Positions 1 to 8,840 of a stretch of DNA of 64,000 nt are shown here, in pieces. The first letter of the stretch is position 1. Every line of letters starts with the position of its first letter. Source of the stretch: an uncultured Clostridia bacterium (GTDB taxonomy: Bacteria > Bacillota > Clostridia > TANB77 > CAG-508); contig CANQTK010000001.1 in the NCBI GenBank assembly GCA_947626735.1, positions 4,405 through 68,404 on the forward strand, read 5' to 3'. Under the pieces are notes generated by a model. The model was not told where the DNA came from. It did no database searches and worked only from the letters and a program-made list of their open reading frames with translations. The position numbers were made by a program, and so were the translations under genes.

Positions 1-789
1 TCATTAGAATTTGAAGATACTGATGCAGCATTAGCTTTTTTATGTATGCTTTTACATGGAGATAGACCTGAAGAAGTATGTGGTACTAAATGGATTGATT
101 TTAATTTTAAAGAAAATGATTATCATATTCAAAATGCTTATAAAAAATTTCCTATTTATAATGAAAATACTATGAAAAGAATTGCTTGGAAAAATGCTGA
201 TGGAACATTAAAAACTCCTGAAAGTGATAGACATTTATCTTTAGATTTATTATTTAAACAATTATTGCTTGAACATAGAATAAGACAAATTTATCAATAT
301 AAAAAAGCAGGAAAAAAGTGGTCTGAAAATGAATATGTTTTCCATAATAGTTCTGGAACTCCTTTTACACCTGATGTTCTTTCTAAAAATTTTGTCAAAT
401 TCATAAAAAGAAATCAACTTCCAAAAATTGTTTTATATGGATTAAGACATAGTTTTGCAACTCATTGTAGAAATTTAGGAGTAAAGCCTGAAGTTTTAGC
501 AAGATTAATGGGACATACAGAATATGAAACTACACAAAAATACTATATTCATATTTCTGCTAAACAGAAAAAAGAAGAATTACAAAGAGTTCAAAATCAA
601 GATATTCAAGGATATCTTAGTGAAAAAAATAAAAATTTAGTACACCTTCAAAGTAATGTTAATTATTATAGTAAAGAAGTTGTAAATTTAGAAGAAGTGC
701 AAAAAGAAGATATGACATATTATTTGCAATTAGATGATGCAACTTTAAGTGTACTAAAAAATGTTATTTCAAAGATTAATAAAAAATAA
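1..789 (+). CDS. tyrosine recombinase/integrase, C-terminal part (5' end lies upstream of the window)
   Basis: The reading frame is open back to nt 1. It contains the catalytic block LYGLRHSFATHCRNLGV...LARLMGHTEYETTQKYYIHIS (R..HxxR...Y). It converges on the 3' end of a tRNA-Lys gene. Confidence 0.8.
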   Translation, partial: SLEFEDTDAALAFLCMLLHGDRPEEVCGTKWIDFNFKENDYHIQNAYKKFPIYNENTMKRIAWKNADGTLKTPESDRHLSLDLLFKQLLLEHRIRQIYQYKKAGKKWSENEYVFHNSSGTPFTPDVLSKNFVKFIKRNQLPKIVLYGLRHSFATHCRNLGVKPEVLARLMGHTEYETTQKYYIHISAKQKKEELQRVQNQDIQGYLSEKNKNLVHLQSNVNYYSKEVVNLEEVQKEDMTYYLQLDDATLSVLKNVISKINKK

Positions 790-836
790 AAATTTATAAA
801 AAAAAGCACTTTTATAAAGTGCTTTTAATCCCTATT

Positions 837-912
837 TGGTGCACCATCTCGGGTTCGAACCGAGGACCTCTTGATTAAGAGTCAATTGCTCTACCAACTG
901 AGCTAATGGTGC
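837..912 (-). tRNA. tRNA-Lys(CUU) with encoded CCA; A27/G43 mismatch in the anticodon stem
   Basis: Reverse complement is GCACCAT TA GCTC AGTTGGTA GAGC A ATTGA CTCTTAA TCAAG AGGTC CTCGG TTCGAAC CCGAG ATGGTGC A CCA. It folds as a cloverleaf with U33, anticodon CUU and A37. Its 3' end abuts the integrase stop codon. Confidence 0.75.
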
Positions 913-921
913 ATTTGCTTT

Positions 922-950
922 GGGGAATATGTGGGGAATTTTTGGGGAAT
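922..950. repeat. three direct GGGGAAT repeats at 11-bp spacing (positions 922, 933, 944)
   Basis: Read directly: GGGGAATatgtGGGGAATttttGGGGAAT. They lie immediately 5' of the mature tRNA-Lys on its coding strand. Confidence 0.6.
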
Positions 951-1047
951 TTTTATATACATATTCCATCTTTTTATTTGCATATGTGAAATTTTATCGA
1001 TTATATCAATAGTTTTATTATTTTTAATTAAATTAAAAACCTTTTCA

Positions 1048-1085
1048 TTAAGAGTCAGCTGCTCTACCAGCTGAGCTAATGGCGC
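1048..1085 (-). pseudogene. orphan 5' half of a tRNA-Lys-like gene (acceptor 5' strand, D arm, anticodon 5' stem and loop CTCTTAA), ending at position 38
   Basis: Reverse complement is GCGCCAT TA GCTC AGCTGGTA GAGC A GCTGA CTCTTAA followed by non-tRNA sequence. It differs at 4 of 38 positions from the intact copy at 837-912. Confidence 0.6.
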
Positions 1086-1100
1086 TTGTAAGCAAGTTTT

Positions 1101-1129
1101 ATTATACGACAAAACTATGCCTTTGTCAA
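1101..1129 (-). promoter_or_regulatory. sigmaA-type promoter (TTGACA, 17 nt, TATAAT) reading into the orphan tRNA half and on toward tRNA-Lys
   Basis: On the minus strand the sequence reads TTGACAaaggcatagttttgtcgTATAAT. The predicted transcription start is about 8 nt before the tRNA-like 5' end. Confidence 0.55.
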
Positions 1130-1178
1130 TATTTTGCCTTATAAATTCTGTTTTTTTGCTTTTCCTCCATTATCTCTT

Positions 1179-2852
1179 TTATAACTCTTTAATCGCTTCT
1201 AATAAATCTGGATTTAATTGATTTAAATTATTTTCTTCTTGTTCTTCTTCTACATTAGCATTAACGCCTTGTACTTTTTTAGTACCTTGCACTATAATTC
1301 TTTCTAGAGGGCTATAGGTATCATTAGAAAGCAACGTCTTAGAAATAACCGCACCATTATATTTTACGATTTTATAGGTAACACTTTTCGCTCCATTGGA
1401 ACCATACTGCTTTATTTCTTCGGTTCCTTGTGGTAGAGAATTATCTTTTACATAGTTAATTGTATAAGGAATTACCTCTGTTATTGTATTTTCAATAGAA
1501 ATTTCATATTCTTTTTCTTCTCTTAAACCGTAAATTTCTGTGGTAACTACCCCATTTTTGACACTAGATTCTATTTTAATTGGATAATTTCTAGTATTTT
1601 TAAAACAAAAGTCGATGGTTCCCCAAGATACCGTAGCATCTCTTCCTGCTGTTACATAAGAGGTTAAAAAACGATGGTTACTTCTTTGGGTTACTTCTAA
1701 ATTAGCATAAATGACTGCATTATATAAAGTAGAAGATAATTGACAAATGCCTCCTCCTATGCCATCTACTACTTTTCCTCCTGAATAAACAGCCGCTTCT
1801 TTGTAACCTTTTGCTATCGTTCTTTCTCCTACTACTTTATTATAAGAAAATATTTCTCCTGGTAAAATAACCGTTCCATTTATTTTTTCAGAAGCAAGTT
1901 CTAAATTTGTTACTCTATTTTGATTACTTATACTATAAGTAGTAGAAAACTTTCCTAATAGATCTGGAAATGCTTCTTTCCCTAATTTTTCTGTGGTGAT
2001 TTCTGGAATCGTAATTGTTAATGGAATTCTATATTCTTCTTTTGTTTCTTGTAATAATGTTTTTGCTTCTTCCATTGAAATAGCAAAGTCAACTCCATTA
2101 ATATGAGGCTGTATTTCTAATGGTTCTTTTGTCATAGAGGCATTTTTTGCTTCTTTATATATTTCTTGATGAATTTCTTCTATATTTATTTCCTTAGGAG
2201 ATACGTTTTTAACGGGAATCACAAATTTTCTATTTTCTTCTTGCCACATTATTTTTTCTAATTGCTTTTGAAATTCTTGCTTTTCTATTTCTACTCCACT
2301 TTGTCCCTTTATGATAATTAATTCATTTTCTTCTATGTAATAATTACTTTGTTTCATGGAATCTGGTAATTTGGCATTTAATTCTTCTATTTTTTGATTC
2401 ATTTTTTCTTGGTTTAATTCTATCTTCATTTCTATTTTTTTTGAAAATAACATAGAAAATAAAAGTTCATAATTATCTTTTATCACATTTCCTGTTTTTC
2501 CAACAAGGCAAGCTTTTTTGATTGCCTGATCTAAGTCCACAGAAACATCAAATTGCTCTATCGTAAAATTTTCTTCTAACTCTTCATAAACCGCTGATAT
2601 ATTACTTAATGCCACTTCTTTATACCAATTTTCTATTTTTATTTTCGCTTCTTCTTGCGTTAAATGAGAAACATCAATATTTCCTATTTTTACCCCTCTT
2701 GCTATGGTATTACTTCCCATATTAAGTAGAGAAAAAATAACAGAAAAAAATAAGAAAAAGAAAGCTAATATTCCAAAGTTTATTAGCATTCTTGTTTGAT
2801 TTGTTTTTTTTCTATTTTGTTTTCTTGTTCTTGTTCTCGTTCTTCTTGGCAT
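1179..2852 (-). CDS. VanW-family protein (arginine-rich N-terminus, one TM helix, C-terminal VanW domain)
   Basis: VanW-like block GKVVDGIGGGICQLSSTLYNAVIYANLEVTQRSNHRF...YVTAGRDATVSW. I chose the start at MPRRTRTR because it has a GGGAG ribosome-binding site. Confidence 0.7.
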   Translation of the reverse strand: MPRRTRTRTRKQNRKKTNQTRMLINFGILAFFFLFFSVIFSLLNMGSNTIARGVKIGNIDVSHLTQEEAKIKIENWYKEVALSNISAVYEELEENFTIEQFDVSVDLDQAIKKACLVGKTGNVIKDNYELLFSMLFSKKIEMKIELNQEKMNQKIEELNAKLPDSMKQSNYYIEENELIIIKGQSGVEIEKQEFQKQLEKIMWQEENRKFVIPVKNVSPKEINIEEIHQEIYKEAKNASMTKEPLEIQPHINGVDFAISMEEAKTLLQETKEEYRIPLTITIPEITTEKLGKEAFPDLLGKFSTTYSISNQNRVTNLELASEKINGTVILPGEIFSYNKVVGERTIAKGYKEAAVYSGGKVVDGIGGGICQLSSTLYNAVIYANLEVTQRSNHRFLTSYVTAGRDATVSWGTIDFCFKNTRNYPIKIESSVKNGVVTTEIYGLREEKEYEISIENTITEVIPYTINYVKDNSLPQGTEEIKQYGSNGAKSVTYKIVKYNGAVISKTLLSNDTYSPLERIIVQGTKKVQGVNANVEEEQEENNLNQLNPDLLEAIKEL

Positions 2853-3007
2853 TTTTTTCTCCCACTCTTTTCTTAATATTATCATATCGCAAATCTATTT
2901 ACAATATTACAAATATTACATTTTTGTAATATTACATTTACTTATAGACAAATTTTGTTTTTTTTTGTATAATAATGCAAAATAAGGAAGAAAGAGGTAA
3001 TTTTACT

Positions 3008-3583
3008 ATGTTAGGCAGTATGCTTTCCAAAATTAGAAAAGAAAAACATATGACAAAAGTAGAACTTGCAAAGCAAACAGGAATTAATATTGGCCATTTA
3101 ACGCATATTGAAAAAAGCGAAAGAAATCCTAGCCATAAAGCTTTAAAAAGCATTACTCATGCCTTAGGCGTTCCTTATCAAATGATCTCTCATTTATATG
3201 ATTTACCCGTTACAGAAGAAGATATAAGATGTAAAATGATTGATCATTTATCTTATCATAAAGTACTAGCCGTTGATTCTTATTCTCAGTTTATAGAATG
3301 TCCTTCTAACGTTCCTTACTCTTCTATTGCCCTAAAAATTCTAGACGATGCAATGGAACCTTATTTTAAGAAAGGTACTTATGGTTTTTTACAATTAAAT
3401 GTTCCTTTAAAAAATAAAGAAATTGGACTATTTGAATATAACGGACAATTATTGATTCGAAGATTTATTATTCGAAAAGATAAATTAGTTTTAAGAGCAG
3501 ATAATAAAACATATGAAGATATTGATTTAACAGAAGATACTTCATTTACGATTATTGGAAAATTACTAAATGGTAATCCATAA
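3008..3583 (+). CDS. XRE-family HTH repressor fused to an S24 (LexA/CI-like) autopeptidase domain
   Basis: N-terminal HTH VELAKQTGINIGHLTHIEKSERNPSHKAL and a C-terminal S24-like fold. The start at MLGSM has an AGAGGT ribosome-binding site. Confidence 0.65.
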   Translation: MLGSMLSKIRKEKHMTKVELAKQTGINIGHLTHIEKSERNPSHKALKSITHALGVPYQMISHLYDLPVTEEDIRCKMIDHLSYHKVLAVDSYSQFIECPSNVPYSSIALKILDDAMEPYFKKGTYGFLQLNVPLKNKEIGLFEYNGQLLIRRFIIRKDKLVLRADNKTYEDIDLTEDTSFTIIGKLLNGNP

Positions 3584-3678
3584 TTGTATTTTTATAAAAT
3601 TTGATGAAAATACTTGTATATTGTCATTTTTCATATTATAATGGCATTGCAAAAGATAAAATAAAAGGAGAAAAAAGG

Positions 3679-4149
3679 ATGGAATTAGTAAAAAATATTT
3701 TCTTTAATACAGATAAAATTATAGAGGGAAGTAAAGTAAAAATATCTTATGTTGGATATTTATTTCAAAATGGCTCAGAAGAAGTATATTTGCATTATGG
3801 CTTTGGAATCAACTGGGATCATGTTTCGGAAGTAAAAATGGAAAAAACAGAACTTGGTTTTCAATGTGAAATCGATATTTTAGAAGGAGATACCTTAAAT
3901 CTTTGCTACCACAACGAACACAATGAATGGGATAACAATTTTGGGAAAAACTTTACTTTTTCTATTGAAAAACCAGAAATAGAAGAAGAAACCTCTTTAG
4001 TAGTAACGCCAGAAACTGGTATGCAAATGCGCAAAGGTTTAAGAAAAACCTATCTTTGGAGTAAAAAAATAAAACTTGCCATTTATAAAATTATTACTTG
4101 CGTACCTAAACTTATTTCTGGAAATTATAAAAGAAAAATAAGCGAATAA
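3679..4149 (+). CDS. hypothetical protein (possible beta-sandwich or carbohydrate-binding-like fold)
   Basis: ORF with an AAGGAG ribosome-binding site. I recognise no confident family. Confidence 0.35.
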   Translation: MELVKNIFFNTDKIIEGSKVKISYVGYLFQNGSEEVYLHYGFGINWDHVSEVKMEKTELGFQCEIDILEGDTLNLCYHNEHNEWDNNFGKNFTFSIEKPEIEEETSLVVTPETGMQMRKGLRKTYLWSKKIKLAIYKIITCVPKLISGNYKRKISE

Positions 4150-4236
4150 TAAATTGAGTGCTAAACTTTTATAGTCTATTCATAGATAAACTCTCTTCAA
4201 AAAAAGAATTACGAAAAATCGTAATTCTTTTTTACT

Positions 4237-4965
4237 TTATATACTCCATCCTCCATTTACACAAATAATTTGTCCTGTTGTATAAGTATCTTCTATTAAC
4301 CATTTTACACATTTTGCAATCGATAAGGTATCTCCTATTTTACCTAATGGGATTTCTTGTTTTATTTCTTCTAATTCTTCTTTGGATAAGTACTTATTCA
4401 TGTCTGTGTCTATTATGCCTGGTGCTATGCTATTTACTCTTATGTTAGAAGGTCCTAGTTCTTTGGCTAAAGATTTTGTCATTGCATCTACTCCTGCTTT
4501 TGCCACACTATAGTGTACTTCGCATGAAGCTCCTACCATTCCCCATATAGAAGAAATATTTATCATACAACCTTCTTTTTCATGAATCATATAGTTTGCT
4601 ACTTCTTGTGATGTATAGAAAACAGAATTTAAATTTGTATTTAACATAGTGTTCCAATCTTCATCTGTTATATCCGTAAATAATTTTGTTTGAGAAATTC
4701 CTGCATTGTTAATTAAAACATCTATTTTTCCAAATTTTTGAATTGTAAATTCTACTAGTTTTTTTACTTCTTCTCTTTTTGAAACATCTGCTTGAAAGAT
4801 TTCTACACATTTCCCTAGTTTTGTGAATTCTTCTTGCATCTTTTTTGCAATTTCTTCTGATTTGTTATAATTCAATACAATTTTATAATTTTCTTTCGCA
4901 AGTAAGTTTACAATTGCTGCTCCAATTCCTCTAGAACCACCTGTTACAATAACTGTTTTTGGCAT
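4237..4965 (-). CDS. SDR-family oxidoreductase, 3-oxoacyl-ACP reductase (FabG)-like
   Basis: TGGSRGIG Rossmann motif and a YxxxK catalytic region. The ribosome-binding site is AGGAGG. Confidence 0.8.
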   Translation of the reverse strand: MPKTVIVTGGSRGIGAAIVNLLAKENYKIVLNYNKSEEIAKKMQEEFTKLGKCVEIFQADVSKREEVKKLVEFTIQKFGKIDVLINNAGISQTKLFTDITDEDWNTMLNTNLNSVFYTSQEVANYMIHEKEGCMINISSIWGMVGASCEVHYSVAKAGVDAMTKSLAKELGPSNIRVNSIAPGIIDTDMNKYLSKEELEEIKQEIPLGKIGDTLSIAKCVKWLIEDTYTTGQIICVNGGWSI

Positions 4966-4975
4966 TTTTTCCTCC

Positions 4976-5365
4976 TTAATTATTATATTTTTTTCTAGTT
5001 TTTCTTCCTTTATTTAGGTTTGCACCCTTGTATGTACTTGTTAACGAGTGACAGTTGGGGCACAATAAAATTAAATTTTCTTCATCGTTGTTTTTGTAAT
5101 TTCCATCAATATGTTCTATTTCTAAAGGTATTTTATTTGTATATACATTCACCTGTTTCCATCCACATCTTGCACATTTATTTTCATACTTTTCAAATAA
5201 ATAAGTTTTTATATAAGAAGATATTTGATATTCTCCTCTCATTCCATTTATCTGTTTATTTTTCCATTTTTCTATATAATTTTTATATTGAAATTCCTTT
5301 TGACATTTATTTGAGCAATATTTTGAACGATTATTTATTTCTTTTTTACAATTTAGACAATACAT
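4976..5365 (-). CDS. HNH endonuclease with an N-terminal Cys-rich zinc finger
   Basis: CLNCKK...CARCGW...EIEHIDGNYKNNDEENLILLCPNCH. The start at MYCLNCK has a GAAGGTG ribosome-binding site. It lies 80 bp from the 3' end of the intron-containing tRNA-Thr. Confidence 0.75.
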   Translation of the reverse strand: MYCLNCKKEINNRSKYCSNKCQKEFQYKNYIEKWKNKQINGMRGEYQISSYIKTYLFEKYENKCARCGWKQVNVYTNKIPLEIEHIDGNYKNNDEENLILLCPNCHSLTSTYKGANLNKGRKTRKKYNN

Positions 5366-5445
5366 AATAATCACCTTCTCATTTTTAGTAAAATTTTTTA
5401 AAAACAAAAAACCAAGCAAGTTTTATAACAAGCCTGGTTTTAAGT

Positions 5446-5759
5446 ATGGAGCCACTTGCCCGAATCGAACGGGCGACCTACTGATTCATACTACTATAAT
5501 TTTCATTACCACAAATGTGTTTGTAGTCTGGACTTTCTCTTTACCATAGCTTTCCGGCCTTAGGTACACCGTATAAAGTCTCTACACTTAGGAATTTCTT
5601 CCCTAGCTCGGGATTAACCTATATTTTAATACTTAGTCTTCCCCGAATTAGCGGTGTCCACTCTATTCGTTTCCAAATAAAGGTGCAAAATAGTTCAAAA
5701 TAGAAATTTTTTCTATCTATTCCACAAGTCAGTTGCTCTACCATCTGAGCTAAAGTGGC
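5446..5759 (-). tRNA. tRNA-Thr(UGU) gene interrupted between positions 36 and 37 by a group I intron (exons 5759-5724 and 5485-5446)
   Basis: 5' exon is GCCACTT TA GCTC AGATGGTA GAGC A ACTGA CTTGT. 3' exon is AA TCAGT AGGTC GCCCG TTCGATT CGGGC AAGTGGC T CCA. Joined, they give a perfect 76-nt cloverleaf whose body closely matches Bacillus tRNA-Thr(UGU). Confidence 0.75.
5486..5723 (-). ncRNA. group I self-splicing intron (238 nt, IC3-like) in the tRNA-Thr anticodon loop
   Basis: The 5' exon ends in U and the intron ends in G (omega-G). The intron carries the core strings AAUUCGGGGAAGACUAAG, GUGUAGAGACU, ACCUAAGGCCGGAAAGCUAUGG, which match the Azoarcus tRNA-Ile and Anabaena tRNA-Leu intron cores. 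There is no internal ORF. Confidence 0.7.
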
Positions 5760-5768
5760 ATATAAGGT

Positions 5769-5843
5769 TGGTGACCCCTACGGGAATCGAACCCATGTCT
5801 CCGCCGTGAAAGGGCGATGTCTTAACCGCTTGACCAAGGGGCC
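5769..5843 (-). tRNA. tRNA-Glu(UUC)
   Basis: Cloverleaf with anticodon loop CTTTCAC and T arm ATGGG TTCGATT CCCGT; CCA is encoded. Confidence 0.85.
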
Positions 5844-5888
5844 TTATATAGAATTTGCCAAGGGTTTAAAAATTTAAACCCTTGGTAT

Positions 5889-5964
5889 TGGTGAGCCATC
5901 GCGGATTCGAACCGCGGACAACTTGATTAAAAGTCAAGTGCTCTACCACCTGAGCTAATGACCC
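5889..5964 (-). tRNA. tRNA-Lys(UUU)
   Basis: GGGTCAT TA GCTC AGGTGGTA GAGC A CTTGA CTTTTAA TCAAG TTGTC CGCGG TTCGAAT CCGCG ATGGCTC A CCA. Confidence 0.85.
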
Positions 5965-6117
5965 AAGTAAAGTCGCATAAAATTGCGACTGCTTATATAG
6001 TTTACTATATATTTAGACATTTGTCAATTGATTTTTAAAAATTTTGTTGTATTTTTGTAAATTTTTTTGTTCAATTTCACTTTTACAAAGTATTTTTTGC
6101 TTATTTTCAATTCCTTT

Positions 6118-6303
6118 TTATTGATTTAGTTTTTCTACCAACTCTTCTACGTCAATTCCATGAACACTGCAAGCTTCTTCTAAAGTTTCTTCTTGTGATG
6201 CAGGACATCCTAAACAATGCATTCCTGCTTGTAGTAATAGTTCTGCTTTTTCTGGAGCGACTTCTAAAATTTCTCCTATTTTTGTATCTTTGCTAAATTT
6301 CAT
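6118..6303 (-). CDS. DUF1858-family small redox-disulfide protein
   Basis: CLGCP motif in a 61-aa protein whose pattern is typical of DUF1858. Confidence 0.55.
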   Translation of the reverse strand: MKFSKDTKIGEILEVAPEKAELLLQAGMHCLGCPASQEETLEEACSVHGIDVEELVEKLNQ

Positions 6304-6653
6304 TTTTTATCCTCCTATTCTTTATTTCTCTTGTATGGTTCGGTTGTAAATCAACCTTTTGTTCCTATATTTTATCTTATAACTTTTCATGTCATATTTT
6401 GTTGTAATATAAGAACCTTTGTCATTTTACCACATTTTTCAAAAAAAGTATAGACATTTTATAAAAAATATTGTATTATGTCACCTATAAAGGAGTGTGA
6501 TGTTTATTTCTTATTTAATTAATACTTTTTTCGTACTATTTATTATTCATTTTTTTATTACTTTTTATTCCATTTATACCTTTTTTGAGGTATTCGCCTT
6601 TCAAAACTTACAAGGGTTTAAATTAAATAGAAAGCAAAAGGATTGGAAACACA

Positions 6654-8363
6654 ATGACTTCTCTTAAGCGCATTTTATTTTCTTTATTTACTAGCGTTCT
6701 TTTCTTTTTTATTTATTGGTCTATTTTTAAACCCGTCTATATGGCAGAAACGATTATTTTTCCTTATGCCATTCATCCATTTGATATTTGCATCGAGCAA
6801 CCAACTTTATGGAACCTCATCAAATTTTTTTCTATTGTTTCCTGTTTTTTTTCTGATTTTGTTTTATCTTTTTGGATTTTTCTAAAAATTCCCTATCAAA
6901 AACCAAAGCAAAAAGAAAGTAAAAATGCTTTTTATTCTGGTTATCATCTCTCTTTACAAATAGGCTTCAATCATAAAAACGAATTTGTTACTATTCCAGA
7001 AAAAAGTTTATATCAAAATATTTTAATTACAGGAACGATTGGAACAGGAAAAACTTCTTCTGCTATGTATCCTTTTACAAAACAGTTAATGGAATATAAA
7101 AGTAACAACGCAAAAGAAAAATTAGGCATGCTTATTTTAGATGTAAAAGGGAATTATTATTTGCAAGTAAAAGAGTATGCTACACTATACGAAAGAGAAC
7201 AAGATTTAATTATTTTAGATTTAAGTGGCTCTATCAAATATAACCCTCTACATAAACCTAATTTGAAAGCTTCTGTTTTAGCCAATCGATTAAAAACTAT
7301 TTTATTATTATTTTCACCAAATAATAGTGAATCTTTTTGGCTTGACAAGGTAGAACAAATTTTGTGTGAATGTATTAAGCTTTGTAGATTATATAACAAG
7401 GGCTATGTTACTTTTGAGGAACTACATAATTTAGTGGTACTTCCTAATTATTACGAAGAAAAAATTCAAGTTTTAAGAAATTTATTTTTAAAAGGCTCTT
7501 TCTCACAAGAAGATACTTATCATTTACTGTCTTCTTTCAATTTTTTTGAAAAAGAATATTCCATTTTAGATGAAAGAACAAAATCAATTTTAAAATCAGA
7601 AGTAACCAGAATTACTAATTTATTTCTTTCTGATTATCAAGTAAAAAACGTATTTTGTCCAACAGAAAAGGAAATTAATTTTTTTGGCTTTCATGATGTA
7701 TTAGAAAAAGGAAAAATTGTTGTTCTTAATTTAAATATAGCAGAATATAAAAATTTAGCAAAAATGATAGCAGCCTATTTAAAATTAGATTTTCAAACAG
7801 AGGTATTAAATCGTTTAGCTAACACTTCTAATTTAGAAGATCAAAGAAGTATTTGTTTTATTAGTGATGAATACCATGAATATGTTACTTTATCGGATGC
7901 TTCCTTTTTTAGTCAAAGTAGAGAAGCAAAATGTATTAATATTGTGGCAACGCAAAGTTATACTTCTTTATTAAACACTTTAAATAATCCATCCTCTGTT
8001 AAAGTAATTGTACAAAATTTAGTGAATAAACTTTGGTTTCGAACAGATGATATCTTTACTATTGAAGATGCACAAAAACAAATTGGAAAAGAAGAAAAAG
8101 AAAAATTTTCTAAAACTATTTCTGAAAATGCAAAAGAAACAAATTTTAATTATTTATATCATCGTTTTCATTCTAAAAATTCAAATCTTTCTGAATCCTT
8201 TAATACTTATTTCCAAACAGATTATATTTTTGATACTAATTTTTTTACACAAAATTTAGAAACCTTTTCTTGTTTATCTTTTTTATCCGATGGAGATAAA
8301 ATTTTATTACCACAAAAAATAAAATTAGTTCCTTATTTTAAAAAAAATAATTTTAATTATTAA
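6654..8363 (+). CDS. type IV secretion coupling-protein-like ATPase (VirD4/TraG/TraD family) with N-terminal TM helices
   Basis: Two N-terminal TM segments, Walker A ITGTIGTGKTSS, Walker B FISDEYHEY, and a downstream NIVATQS motif. Confidence 0.55.
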   Translation: MTSLKRILFSLFTSVLFFFIYWSIFKPVYMAETIIFPYAIHPFDICIEQPTLWNLIKFFSIVSCFFSDFVLSFWIFLKIPYQKPKQKESKNAFYSGYHLSLQIGFNHKNEFVTIPEKSLYQNILITGTIGTGKTSSAMYPFTKQLMEYKSNNAKEKLGMLILDVKGNYYLQVKEYATLYEREQDLIILDLSGSIKYNPLHKPNLKASVLANRLKTILLLFSPNNSESFWLDKVEQILCECIKLCRLYNKGYVTFEELHNLVVLPNYYEEKIQVLRNLFLKGSFSQEDTYHLLSSFNFFEKEYSILDERTKSILKSEVTRITNLFLSDYQVKNVFCPTEKEINFFGFHDVLEKGKIVVLNLNIAEYKNLAKMIAAYLKLDFQTEVLNRLANTSNLEDQRSICFISDEYHEYVTLSDASFFSQSREAKCINIVATQSYTSLLNTLNNPSSVKVIVQNLVNKLWFRTDDIFTIEDAQKQIGKEEKEKFSKTISENAKETNFNYLYHRFHSKNSNLSESFNTYFQTDYIFDTNFFTQNLETFSCLSFLSDGDKILLPQKIKLVPYFKKNNFNY

Positions 8364-8403
8364 ATTTATTATTTATTTTCATTCAATTTACTAGGAGGTT
8401 TTT

Positions 8404-8733
8404 ATGAAAAAATTTTATTTTATTTTTATTTTATTGCTTCTTATTTATTTTATTTTTATCTTTTCTAATTGTTGTTTTGCTGCTTGGGGAGAGCCAGAGC
8501 TTGTAACAAAATTAAATAAAGCATTTGAATCTATTCAAGAATGGCTCATTAAACTTGCTACTCCTGCTGCTGCAGTAGCAGTGGCAACTGGTGCTTTTAT
8601 GAGAAAATTCAGTTTTGGGGATGAAGAAAAAATTAGAACAGGAAAAAAATTAATAAATGGTAGTTTATTTTCTTATGGATTTATTTTAGCTATTAATTTA
8701 ATATTATCTGCTATTAAATCTTTAATTGGGTAA
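8404..8733 (+). CDS. small secreted two-helix membrane protein, VirB2/TrbC-like topology
   Basis: Signal peptide followed by two hydrophobic segments (LATPAAAVAVATGAF and LFSYGFILAINLIL). The ribosome-binding site is GGAGG. Confidence 0.35.
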   Translation: MKKFYFIFILLLLIYFIFIFSNCCFAAWGEPELVTKLNKAFESIQEWLIKLATPAAAVAVATGAFMRKFSFGDEEKIRTGKKLINGSLFSYGFILAINLILSAIKSLIG

Positions 8734-8840
8734 TTTAATGATTTTATTTTTGTTTTTTATGTTTACTTTTTTGTGTTTGCTACTAAATTCTCTAAAGTAC
8801 TTTAACCCGTTAGATGTTAGCCCACTAGAAAGGAGTTTTT

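Noticed and set aside
922-950. Whether the GGGGAAT repeats form a CRISPR-like array.
   Set aside because: Only three 7-bp repeats with 4-bp spacers, and no cas genes. Arm-type or regulatory sites are the better explanation.
903-1112. 69-aa ORF from the ORF track.
   Set aside because: It overlaps the tRNA-Lys gene, the GGGGAAT repeats and the orphan tRNA half on the same strand. Almost certainly not coding.
5020-5367. 115-aa plus-strand ORF.
   Set aside because: It is antisense to the well-supported HNH endonuclease gene, with low-complexity F/L/Y-rich composition. Spurious.
5440-5700. A long structured RNA on the minus strand with a tRNA-like 3' end (T arm GCCCG TTCGATT CGGGC) that I first suspected was tmRNA (ssrA).
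   Set aside because: There is no 5' GGGG acceptor partner and no tag-peptide reading frame ending in ...LAA-stop. The 3' tRNA-like half instead pairs perfectly with a 5' half located at 5724-5759. That makes the locus a split tRNA-Thr with a group I intron, not a tmRNA.
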